Shown here one piece after another: positions 1 to 10,659 of a stretch of 64,000 nucleotides of DNA. The notes below the pieces were generated by a model. That model saw nothing but the letters and a program-made list of their open reading frames with translations, was not told the DNA's origin and did no database searches. Every line of letters begins with the position of its first letter. Within the stretch, counting starts at the first letter, position 1. Origin of the DNA: Carcharhinus amblyrhynchos (Eukaryota); the NCBI GenBank assembly GCA_965287045.1, contig OZ336893.1, positions 43,028,001-43,092,000 of the forward strand, written 5' to 3'. The translations under genes and the position numbers were made by a program.

Positions 1-800
1 TTCTATGAATTCTACGAAATAAGTAAGCACTCTGTACAGACAGCCAATCTGCTCATAAATTGCAAGCAACCAACCAAAACAAAGCGATGACTTACCATGG
101 CATCATTATACAGTTTGGTGGAAGGTATAATTTACAATGAAAACAATCTACATGTGAAGACAAAGCAGTTATGAGCAATAGATGGATTTGAGTTCATTTA
201 TTTTTCCACGGGTATTATATCAGTGCTCACAAGGAGAAACTGAACCTTTAATTAAATACCATCCTTCACGTTTGTGAAAAAGGATTCTCCTTTCAGACAT
301 GAGGTCTAGCACATCACTACAGCCTCAGCGACACGTCCCCAGGTACAGACAGCAAAGCCCCATTCACATCTGCTTCATTCAGAATTCATTCATTTTCTGG
401 TGTTTAGCTCATTGAACTGTTATAGCAGACTCCAGCGCTGGGTAAATTTACATCCTGTAACAGCAGGACTCTGGCGCCTCCTCTTAAAAAACAAACACAA
501 TCTCGCGTTATTGCCTCTTCCAGCTCCCACACTGTTAATGGAACTCACTGCAGCCTGTGGCTAACTCCCACTCCCTGGAGCAAAACAGGCTGCTGCAAAT
601 GGAACTCTGCTTAAACCTACTCTGACTGGTGGAGGCCACTAAGTGTGACTCCTCACTGAGAATCACTCCAAAAGAAAAAGGCACATCCTGCGTGTTAGAG
701 GCTAATTGCTGCCACTCAGTGTCCCTTCAACTCAACTCAATTGTGAGATGGAGAGATTTTCGTTGGGTCCTCAAAGAATATCAAAAGGATCTTGAGCAAG

Positions 801-802
<2 letters not shown>

Positions 803-870
<68 letters not shown>
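803..870. repeat. (GT)34 microsatellite
   Basis: Uninterrupted GT dinucleotide run. Confidence 0.98.
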
Positions 871-874
<4 letters not shown>

Positions 875-1767
875 GCGGGGAAGGGGGGGGGAGGTGAATG
901 CTGAAGGTAAATGGTTTGATCTATATAAGTGCTGTAGCAGGCTGGGGGCTGAATGGTCTCCTCCTCTTCTCACATTCCAGTGGCTCCAGAACAGCAACTG
1001 CTGCAAAGTAATAACTCAGTAAGTGCGAGGAATTGTAAATTAAAACCTCACCATTTTTGACCTTGTTTTTCCCCGAAGTCACTGATTACTCACTGGTTCC
1101 ATTGCAAACTGTCTCTCACTCTTCAATTCCTCAGCCGGGCGCCCATTCTGGACTTTGGGACAGGAGAAGTTTGCTGGTAAACTGTTCAAACAAATGCAGC
1201 CTCACAGTCTGAGGTGTACATTCAACTGAAATTACAGCATCAGTATCGTGCATATTCCTGCTTAGCTCAGGGGTATTGATTGAGAGCAGGAAAAGGGTCC
1301 AATCTGAGAACTTCTGCTTTGTAGGTGTCTTTGTAGGTAAGTCACAGAGGAGCTCTGCAATGTTATCTGACATTTATCATTAAATGAGGAGTTGAAGCCC
1401 AAATTCTGCATATTTTCCATCATGCTGGTGGGGCAATACTGCCTCCACAGAGATCTGCACAAGAATCCCCACTGCCCATATTAATGAACCCTCCCATCCC
1501 ACACACTACTGGGATACTCACCGCATATACAGGCACAGGGATTACCCCCTACAAATGAATAAGGGGAACACCCCACACAAGCACCACAGGGCAACAAAAG
1601 CACCAGGACAACCCAACACATAAGGGGAACTCCCTCCCCCCCTCCCCCTCCCCTCTCCCCTGTCCTTCCCCACTCATGATGTGGGTATGCCGGCGTTGGA
1701 CTGGCGTAAACACAGTAAAAAGTCTGACAACACCAGGTTTTAGTCCAACCTATTTATTTGATAATAT

Positions 1768-1809
1768 TCTCACAAGCTTTCGAGGGGACAGCCTCTTCGT
1801 CAGGTGAAT
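1768..1809 (-). ncRNA. Minimal type-I hammerhead ribozyme motif (mirror copy)
   Basis: Reverse-complement copy of 1840-1881 in the left arm. Confidence 0.82.
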
Positions 1810-1839
1810 GGAGAGTTCTGTCTGAGGCCAGAACTCTCC

Positions 1840-1881
1840 ATTCACCTGACGAAGAGGCTGTCCCCTCGAAAGCTTGTGAGT
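1840..1881 (+). ncRNA. Minimal type-I hammerhead ribozyme motif
   Basis: AUUCAC-CUGACGA-A-GAGG(CUGUCC)CCUC-GAAA-GC-U-U-GUGAGU: intact core, stem I, stem II, palindromic AAGCUU stem III; AATAAA at 1891-1896. Confidence 0.85.
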
Positions 1882-2419
1882 ATATTATCAAATAAATAGG
1901 TTGGACTAAAACCTGGTGTTGTCAGACTTTTTACTGTGTCTTCCCCACTCCCCATGGAGCTCCCCAGAGGGTCCCATTGGCACCTCCCCCGGCACAGCTG
2001 TCCCCCTCCCCGGGTTTATACTTGTGCATCCCCAGTGCAAACCCTTCAAAATGTTTTTTAATACCTGTTGTAAACCTTGCCAACGTGCAGTCACATCAGC
2101 AATTCTGAATGTGGGGGGAATATATGGCAGGGAAGCTCCGATTCTTTAATAACTTGTGAAAATGTATTGACACGAATTTCTCGCCCTTTCTGGGTGGGTA
2201 CCTCGTGACATCGCTGGAGAAAATGAGATCTCATCGGCAAGAATCTCATTTTCCCATTCCCGTGAGATTTTGCAGCCACACTGCCATTTGTACTCATGGT
2301 GAACAGGGGCATAAAATCACCCCATTGTCTTGGTTAGATTCCACAGATAGTCACAAAGACTGCAGCGTGTTGTCTCCAGACTAACTGCCTGAAATAGGAA
2401 TAGTATTACTGAGAATCAT

Positions 2420-3383
2420 CCAACTGGCAGGAGTGACACAGGGATCACTGCTGGGGCAGGTCAGGGAACTAAATGCAAATTTGCAGATGTCACAAAGTTG
2501 GGTGGGAGGATGAACTGTGAGGAGAATTCAGAGATCCTTCAGTGCCATTGGATAAATTGGGTGAGTGGGCAAACTAATGGATAAACATCATTTGGATAAA
2601 TGAGAGATTATCCAAAACGGGAAGGCAGATTACTGTCCGAATGGCCATAAGAAGGGAATGTGCAATGAGACCTGGATTTCCTTGTGCACCAGTCGCTGAA
2701 GGTAAACGTGCAGGTGCAGCAGGCGGTGAAGAAAGCAAATGGTATGTTATCCTTCATAGCGAGAGGATTCGAGTACAGGAGCAGGAATGTCTTGCTGCAA
2801 TTATACAGGGCCTTGATCAGGTGAGACCTGGAATAATTGTGTGCAGATTTGGTCTCCTTATCTGATAAAAGGATGTTCTTGCTCCAAACGGAGTGCAGCG
2901 AAGGTTGACCAGACTGATTCCTGGGATGGCAGGACTGACATAAGAGGAGAGATTGAGTTGATAAAGGTTGTATCAGCTGGAGTCTAGAAGAATGCGGAGG
3001 GATCTTATAGAAAGCTAAAAATTGTAACAGGGCTAGACAGGGTAGATGCAGGAAGGAAGTTCTCAATGGTGGGGATGCCCAGAACCAGCGGTCACAGTCT
3101 GAGGATGCAGAGTAGACCGTTTAGGACACAGATGAGGAGAAATTTCTTCACCCAGAGAGTGGTCAGCTGTGGAATTTGCTACAGAAAAAAACTGAGGCTA
3201 AAACATGGCTGCTTCCAAGAAGCCGTTCGATGTAGCACGTGGGGCGTAGGGGATCAGGGAATATGGGGGGGAAATGGGGTCAGACTATTGAGTTGGATGA
3301 CCAGCCATAATCATAATGAGTGGCAGAGCAGGCTCGAAGGGTCGAATAGCCTCCCCCTGCTCCTATTTTCGATGTTTTCATGA
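2420..3383 (+). mobile_element. Old 5'-truncated CR1 LINE (RT C-terminus and 3' UTR)
   Basis: Decayed KFADVTK, RRNFFTQRVV motifs with frameshifts; CR1-type 3' UTR. Confidence 0.9.
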
Positions 3384-3384
3384 A

Positions 3385-3625
3385 TATGATTCAATACACA
3401 GTACTCCGACACTGCACAGCAAGTCCAGGTGTATGATACAATACACAGTGTATGATACAATACACAGTGTATGATACCCACTGGTTAATGATACACACTG
3501 GTACACACTGGTTAATATGGTTAATACACTGGTTAATATGATACACACTGGTTAATACACAGTGTACAATACACTGTGTATGATACAATACACAGTACTC
3601 CGACACCGCACAGCAAGTTCAGGTG
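3385..3625. repeat. 47-bp direct repeat flanking a scrambled minisatellite
   Basis: 3385-3431 matches 3579-3625 (3 mismatches); the interior is built from GTGTATGATACAATACACA and CTGGTTAATACACA units. Confidence 0.85.
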
Positions 3626-4096
3626 CAACACTGAATTGTTGATTTGAGATGAATGCTTGATGTCAAAGCCTGTATGTCTTTGGATGCTTTTCAAATCTTA
3701 CACTATATTTTCCTGTGGTGCTTGCAAATTATTAATCATGAGGTGTGCTTCAGACTGTAAAAGCAATGCTCAGAGCAAGGCCAGGTTTTCCTGAACCTGG
3801 AAGCACTGGCCCACAGTTCTCTGACCATTCCCTTGCACGAGGAGAAAATCAGGACTGGTAAAAAAGAGAATTCATGAAGTACTTTTCTGGTTTCAAAATG
3901 GAGACTTTTTAACAACTTTATTGGCATAATATACTTTAAAATTCCAAAGTTAAACAACATGCACGCTCACATTTCACTAACGTCAGCTTTCTGCTTATGA
4001 ACTGAGTAGGGAATCTCCCTCTGAATACCCTGAATTGTTTTAAAAGGCCTGAAATGGTTTGTTACCATGGATTACAGCCAGACTCCACTATTATCT

Positions 4097-4405
4097 AAGT
4101 TAAAGTTTATTTATTCATCACGAGTAGGCTTACATTTCACACTGTAATTAAGGTACTGTGAAAATCCCCTAGTTGCCACACTCTGGCGCCTGTTCGGGAA
4201 CACTGAGGGAGAATTTAGCGTGGCCAATGCACCTAATGTGCACATCTTTGGACTGTGGGTGGAAACCGGAGCACCCCGAGGAAACCCTCGCAGACACGGG
4301 GAGAATGTGCAAACTCCACACAGACAGTGAGCCAAGCCGGGAATCAAACTCAGATCCTTATCGCTGTGAGGCAGCAGTGCCAACCACTGTGCCATCGTGC
4401 CACCC
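4097..4405 (-). mobile_element. tRNA-derived V-type SINE (HE1-like head/core, alternative 3' tail)
   Basis: A/B-box head GGCACAGTGGTTGGCACTGCTGCCTCACAG, shared core, tail ...GTAAGCCTACTCGTG..AATAAATAAACTT. Confidence 0.88.
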
Positions 4406-4824
4406 ATTGATCTCTGGAGCACAGATTTGAATTCAGTCTAGGTTAACGGGGAGAAAGTTCCCTTGTTCTGTCTGCTACAAGGGTCCTAATTAAGAGGCTT
4501 GGAGGCATCTCCAACCATTTCCATGAGGCCTTCATGTATCTGCTGCACAAAACTGGCAATAATTAGACAGTGAGGGAAAAGATTTCCACCATGTCATTGG
4601 AGAATAGTTGCAAGTTTAAATAAACCACTTGTACTTTTATACAACGATAGGAATTCCATCCCCGGCATTCTGGCAATTTCATTTTTCAGATTACAAGGAT
4701 GGCTGAATGTTGCAGAAAATTAAAATATCAGACTGATATTGTTAAAAATGTTCCACTGAGGATAAGAACTAATGGAATTTTACTGGGCAGGAAATAGCTT
4801 TATTTTTGTTAGCAATGGATGTAC

Positions 4825-5000
4825 AGTATGCATTTATATAGCACCTTCAATATCATAAAATGTCCCAAGGTACTTCACAGCAAACAAGTTCAACATCAAG
4901 CTACATAATGAGATATAAGGGTAGGTGATCACAAGTTTGATTTGAAGAAATGCCTTAATTAAGACAGTGGTTTAAAGGAGGAAGTTCCAGAGCTTCGTGC
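4825..5000 (-). mobile_element. L2-like LINE 3' fragment
   Basis: ATGCATTTATATAGCACCTT...CCCAAGG..CTTCACAG; related pieces at 20640-20800 and 22510-22800. Confidence 0.55.
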
Positions 5001-5004
5001 TGAA

Positions 5005-5652
5005 AGATGTAATTCTCCCAATCCCATCAATGAGTTCAATGTCACTGAATGGGGGGAATTCAACGGAAATCCAAAAATGACCGGCACCAATTTCCCATGG
5101 GATGTTGCGTTGGTGTCTGCAGTGGGAAATTGAGAAACCTGCAGGCATGGAAGGGATTTGCATCACGATAGTGGGATACAGATGAAGACCCAACCACAGA
5201 CTTCCCCCCAACTCCTGATCCTCCACCATGTCAGCAGGAAAACACTCCAGTCCAGACCATGTCTGCAACAACATGGTGTACAGAAGTTAGGGTTCATCTG
5301 TACAGTGTCTGGGGCTGCTTCCCAAATTCGGGATGGAGGCCACCAACCACCCTGGACCTTGGAATGCCACAGCAGAGGGCAAGGGCAATATTTACAGGTG
5401 GATCTTGCAGATTCAGTGTCATCGACAGTGGAAGTGTGATATTGGATGCCTTTTCAATATAGCACCCGGATACAATGGCAGAACTTGACCCATCATGCTC
5501 ATTCCACCACAGAATATGGTGTCAAACTCTTGGATGCCTAAGTAATGAAGCCAGAAGATATGGCGTGGTTTCCTGCCAGCCTCTGCAGTGGAAAATACGC
5601 CGCATTCTCACCCCCATCACAGGAACTGGTCCCAAATTGAAGAATTCCACCC
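5005..5652. mobile_element. MITE-like element with decayed terminal inverted repeats
   Basis: Begins TGTAATTCTCCCAAT and ends ATTGAAGAATTCCACCC; GC-richer non-coding interior. Confidence 0.5.
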
Positions 5653-5714
5653 TAGTTATCTGAAAGCTTGTCTGCCAATGACGGATTAGTGGAAAATGGG
5701 GATGAGCAAGCAGT

Positions 5715-6420
5715 TGCAGAGACCAAACGCAGACTGGGTGATCGCTTTACCACGAACCTCCAGTCCATCCGCAAGCAGGGCCTGGCCCTCTTGCCTCTTC
5801 AACACACCACCCTGCCCTCCTGTCCACGTGCCCCTCCGGGGCCCTTCGCAATGTTCCACTGAACCCCAGTGCAAACTGCAGGAACAGCACCTCATCTTCC
5901 AATTGGGCACTTTACAGACGGAACAATGAGTTCACCAACTTCAGAGCACAAACTCCCCCCTCCACCTTCACTTCATCTCCATTTATTTTATTCCATTTTT
6001 TTAACATCTCGTTTATCCATTTTTGTCACTTTTTATTCTTATATTTTGCTTTCCCACTTCTCAAATCTCACTCTTTATCTGGTCTCCAAATCCTCCCCCT
6101 TTCCGGGACAACTGCCACATTTCTCAGGTACTCCCCGAACAATCTGTTCCTTTGTTCTGCCATTCACACATTCCGAACATTTAATGGATGCTTTTAGCAC
6201 TTTTCTCAGCCTTTATCATCATCATTTACATTTCCTTTGTCCAATTACAGCCTTCCTAATACAGCATAAATCTTGTCTGATTTTCCTTTTCTTCAGCTCT
6301 GATGAAAGGTCATCCAGACGCGAAATGTTGGCTCTATTCTCTCCCCACAGATGCTGTCAGACCTGCTGAGATTTTCTAGCAGTACTTGTTTTTGTTTCAG
6401 ATTCCCTTATCTGCAATATG
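5715..6420 (+). mobile_element. Penelope-like element 3' end (different family): GIY-YIG remnant and pLTR
   Basis: ETKRRLGDRF and KLQEQHLIFQLGTLQ peptides, then a pyrimidine-rich UTR and a hammerhead motif. Confidence 0.85.
6295..6333 (+). ncRNA. Hammerhead motif, partly decayed
   Basis: AGCU-CUGAUGA-A-AGGUC(AUCCA)GACGC-GAAA-UG-U-U-GGCU; core intact, base of stem II and stem III palindrome damaged. Confidence 0.6.
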
Positions 6421-7055
6421 TTACTTTTAAGTTAGAATTGAAAGCTGTGACTGGCAGTTGAGCTGACAGTATAATAATACCACTAATGTTATCTTGTGTT
6501 GTCTCATTTCCCTGTAATTCTATTTGTTTTCACAATTATTGAAGTTTAATCATAATGGCTCGTGCATTAGCGTCAAGAGAATGAGTTCAGAATTAGTCAT
6601 AGAAAGATAAAAAGGGGAAGTTAGTTTTCTTTCTATTGGGGTCACTAACATACGAATTGCTTCACCCCAAGTGGCGATTGAAGCTGAAACAATCAAAAGA
6701 GAAACACTTAAAAAATAAAGCTATTCGAATAAGGGACAGAATAAGAAATTAAATAGGTAAAATGCAGTACAGGGATCAGCAGAGAGCCAATAAACTGAAT
6801 GATTTCCTATTACAACAGCACTTCCATAATAATTAAAATTATACCTTTTGCATCTTTAATTACCTTCAATATTTAATCAATATCTAACATGGGGAGGGGG
6901 GGATGGCTTTCTCACAGTGTTAGCTCCAACATGAATGAGTTTTCCTTTGAGCCTGCCACAGTATACCAGGAGATGCTCAGATGACAGCCTAAGGGCTAAT
7001 AAGATATTTCTTCCCTTGCTAATGTCATCTCATCAACTACCCATCAGCTCCTGAA

Positions 7056-7080
7056 TCAAGGTCAGTGGTGCACGAGGTCA
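7056..7080 (+). promoter_or_regulatory. Nuclear-receptor half-site pair (TCAAGGTCA n10 AGGTCA)
   Basis: Exact ERR/NR5A-type extended half site at 7056-7064 and a second AGGTCA at 7075-7080 in TE-free DNA. Confidence 0.3.
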
Positions 7081-7859
7081 CTGGAGCACAAAATCACTTA
7101 TAGAAGATGCATTATTTCTTAGCAAAATTCCTCTAGTTTTTTCTAAACTCCTAGCGTGCACCTGAAATCAACATGTGCCCTCACTACAGTCATTACTGTT
7201 TGTACCCTATTGTTGTGCAATTTAATACATTAAAAAAAGATTCTGGAAATGAGAGCTCATCCAATTGCTTTAAACAGCCTGAAATCTAATTTTCTGTTCG
7301 TTCATTTATAAAGTTCAACTGAGGAAATTTACTCAGTGAGACAGTGTTACTAAACTGGAAAGTATCTTTCAAACAATTCCTTCATCTTGATCGCTGCCTA
7401 TCCTGATTTTGCTGTAAAAACACTAAAGCAATTTTTAATGGGTTACAATCCTTGAGTGATGATCTGTAAATCCTCCGTCTCCCACTGTCCTTCCACATTT
7501 ACTTTGACACAGGGCACCATCTTCAGATCATTCTGCCAATTCACTCCATTTTGCTTGATTAACGCACCTGGGAATTCATTTAGTGTCGGTGATTATGGAG
7601 TAATTACCTCACTTCACAGTGTCACTCTGTCAAAGGAAAGCAGCCTTTCATTTAACCCTTGAGAAAGACTAGCATTTTTCAAGAACGTTCTGCATCCCAC
7701 CCACCATCGCCACTGTCCCCTTTAGCCAAAAGAATGAAGCAGTAAGGAGTAGAGCTAAGGTATTTAATCACGTACTCTGTGATCAGGGAGAAGATGATGC
7801 TCTCCGAGTCTTGTTTATTTTTCTATTGAGATGGGGAACCAAGTGTTCCATTTCGCATT

Positions 7860-9857
7860 TTATCCAGGAACATGTGGATGTTAAGAAAGAGGATGTGTTG
7901 GAACTTTTAAATTCTATCAAGATAGATAAGTCGCCGGGACCAGATGGGATGTACCCCAGGTTACTGTGGGAGGTGAGGGAAGTGATTGCAGAGCCCCTGG
8001 CGATGATCTTTGCATCGTCGATGGAGACTGGAGAGGTTCCGGAGGATTGGAGGATTGCGGATGTGGTTCCTATTTTCAAGAAAGGGAACAGGGATAGCTC
8101 GGGAAATTACTGACCGGTGAGTCTGACCTCAGCGGTTGGTAAGTTGATGGAGAGGATTCGGAGGGACAAGATTTATGAGCATTTAGAGATGTTTAGAATG
8201 ATCAGAAATAGTCAGCACGGCTTTGTCAAGGGCAGGTTGTGCCTTACGAGCCTAGTTGAGTTCTTTAAAAATGTGACTGAACACATTGATGAAGGAAGAG
8301 CGGTAGACGTGGTTTACATGGACTTCAGCAAGGCGTTTGATTAGGTCCCCCATGCAAGACTTCTTGAGAAGGTGAGAGGGCATGGGATCCAAGGGGCTTT
8401 GGCCTTGTGGATCCAGAACTGGCTTGCCTGCAGAAGGCAGAGAGTGGTTGTGGATGGGTCTTTTTCTGCATGGAGGTCGGTTGCCAGTGGAGTGCCCCCC
8501 CAGGGATCTGTTCTAGGACCCTTGCTGTTTGTCATTTTCATAAATGACCTAGATGAGGAAGTGGAGGGATGGGTTAGTAAGTTCGCCGATGATACATAAG
8601 AACATAAGAACATAAGAAACAGGAGCAGGAGTAGGCCATCTGGCCCTTCGAGCCTGCCCCGCCATTCAATAAGATCATGGCTGATCTGTCGTGGCTCAGT
8701 TCCACTTTCCGGCCCTCTCCCCATAACCCTTAATCCCCTCTCTTATCAAAAACCCATCAACCCGCTTCTTGAAAATATTTAGCGAGGCAGCCTCCACCAC
8801 TTCAATGGGTAGAGAATTCCAGAGATTCACCACCCTTTGAGTGAAGAAGTTCCTCCTCAACTCCGTTCTAAAACGCCCCCCCTTTATCTTGAGGCTGTGC
8901 CCCCTAGTCATACTGTCTTTTTTCAGTGGGAAGAGTCTCTCCACCTCTATGCTATCCATCCCATTCATCATCTTCTTATACGTCTCACAAAGGTTGGTGG
9001 TGTTGTGGATAGTCTGGAGGGATGTCAGAAGTTGCAGTGTGACATAGATAGGATGTAAGACTGGGTGGAGAAGTGGCAGATGGACCTCAACGCGGATAAA
9101 TGTGTAGTGGTCCATTCTGGCAGGACCAATGGGATGCAGGAGTACAATATCAAGGGTAGGAGTCTTAGTTGGGTTGAAGAGCAGAAGGATCTTGGGGTCC
9201 GGGTCCACAGGACTCTTAAATCGGCCTTGCAGGTGAAGGATGTGGTCAAGAAGGCGTATGGTGTACTGGCCTTCATTAATCGAGGGATTGAGTTTAGGAG
9301 TCGGGGGATAATGCTGCAACTTTATAAGACCCTTGTCAGACCCCACCTGGAGTACTGTGCGGAGTCCTGGTCACCTCACTATCGGAAGGATGTGGAAGCT
9401 ATTGAGAGGGTGCAGAGGAGATTTACAAGGATGTTGCCTGGATTGGGAGGCATGTCTTATGAAGATAGGTTGAGGGAGCTAGGTCTCTTCCCCCTGGAGA
9501 GACAAAGGTTGAGAGGCGACCTGATAGAGGTTTATAAAATGTTGAGAGGTATAGATAGGGTGGATTCTTGGAGGCTATTTCCCAGGGCTGAAATGGTTGC
9601 TACGAGAGGGCACAGGTTTAAGTACAGAGGGGATATTAGGGGTAAGTTTTTCACTCAGAGGGTGGTGAGTGAGTGGAATCGGCTGCCGTCGGTGGTGGTA
9701 GAGGCGAACTCACTGGGGTCTTTTAAAAGACTTCTGGATGAGTAATGGGATCTAATGGCATTGGAAGTTACAGATAGTTCTATGGCTTGGTAGGTATAGA
9801 TGTGATCGGCGCAACTTGTGGGCCTGTTTGTGCTGTTGTGTTCTATGTTCTATGTTC
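7860..9857 (+). mobile_element. CR1 LINE, 5'-truncated, RT domain, (TTCTATG)n tail; interrupted by a nested CR1
   Basis: [51 protein letters not shown] motifs with a few stops and frameshifts. Confidence 0.96.
8594..8986 (-). mobile_element. Young CR1 3' fragment nested in the older CR1
   Basis: Near-identical to 51082-51465; (TTCTTATG)n tail; ACA present at both junctions (8594-8596, 8987-8989). Confidence 0.95.
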
Positions 9858-10659
9858 AATTTAAATTTGGCCAGTATATTGATTTGAACAAAAGTCACTG
9901 CACATCTTCAAATATTGGAGTCCAGTGCTTCATTCCTTTCTCTGCTATCTCTTGTTTAATAATTACAATATGGTCTAATATTACTGCATATTGTCACAGG
10001 AAAAGACAGTTATGCATGAGGAAGGTCAGTTGATCCAATTTAATTAATCTATCCAGAAGCATTTGATAATATTTCCCCACTATAGAACTTGCTTACTTCT
10101 TAAATGATTTTAAGGTTTTTGTCTCTATGGCTCAATCTGGAAGTTCATTTCATGTCATGATCATTCTATGTATACCTTACATGTATCTGAAGGGGCAATG
10201 AAGGAGCCACAAGCCATTTAAACTCTCCAAAGCCAGCACCCAAATTTGTGCCGAGTAACATCAGTTCCAAATGATATTTTTATTAATTTCTACCTCTTTC
10301 CTTTAGTTTTAACTTAAGATAAACAGTGAAATCGTTTGTCTCTCCATGCCATGGGGAGGCCTGAGAATCCTGCCCAATATTCTGGATTTACTCTCTTCAT
10401 TCCCCAAACAGTCTTATACATCTGGATAAGATCACCACCCTCCTGTCTCTTTCTAAAGTGAAAGACTCCCAGGTTTCTCTGCTTTCATTATAGGTCAGAA
10501 ATCTTACAGCCTTGTGGTTCTTGTCTTCGCTGTATACAGTGTTGCTTTGGTTTCTTAATGACTACAACTACTACAGAACGGAAGGTATGATCGGCCACAG
10601 AATTATAGATTCTGATCAGAACTTTCCCTCACTTATTATGTTGTGACTGGATTCTCTGG

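Larger units (their letters stand above)
1676..1939. mobile_element. Young Penelope-derived hairpin insert (subfamily A, inverted pLTR ends)
   Basis: 111-bp inverted arms 1710-1820 / 1829-1939 with 1 mismatch, 8-nt loop, 34-nt unpaired tail 1676-1709, TSD CTTCCCCACTC at 1665-1675 and 1940-1950; similar to the ends of the GIY-YIG-coding element at 46479-48379. Confidence 0.9.
1397..2323. mobile_element. Degenerate GC-rich MITE-like repeat hosting the PLE hairpin
   Basis: GC-rich block ending ...TAAAATCACCCC, resembling the ends of the elements at 5005-5652 and 15655-15821; boundaries uncertain. Confidence 0.35.

Noticed and set aside
629-1006. ORFs with VC / TH repeats
   Set aside because: Translation of the (GT)n microsatellite.
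1710-1939. DNA-transposon MITE, pre-miRNA or terminator
   Set aside because: The arms are PLE pLTR sequence with an asymmetric tail, variable breakpoints and variable 9-14 bp TSDs, unlike fixed TIR/TSD transposons.
5869-6369. 166-aa hydrophobic ORF
   Set aside because: Read-through of the pyrimidine-rich PLE 3' UTR.
8696-9346. 216-aa minus-strand ORF as a novel fusion protein
   Set aside because: Artefact of the antisense host CR1 frame running into the nested CR1 C-terminus.
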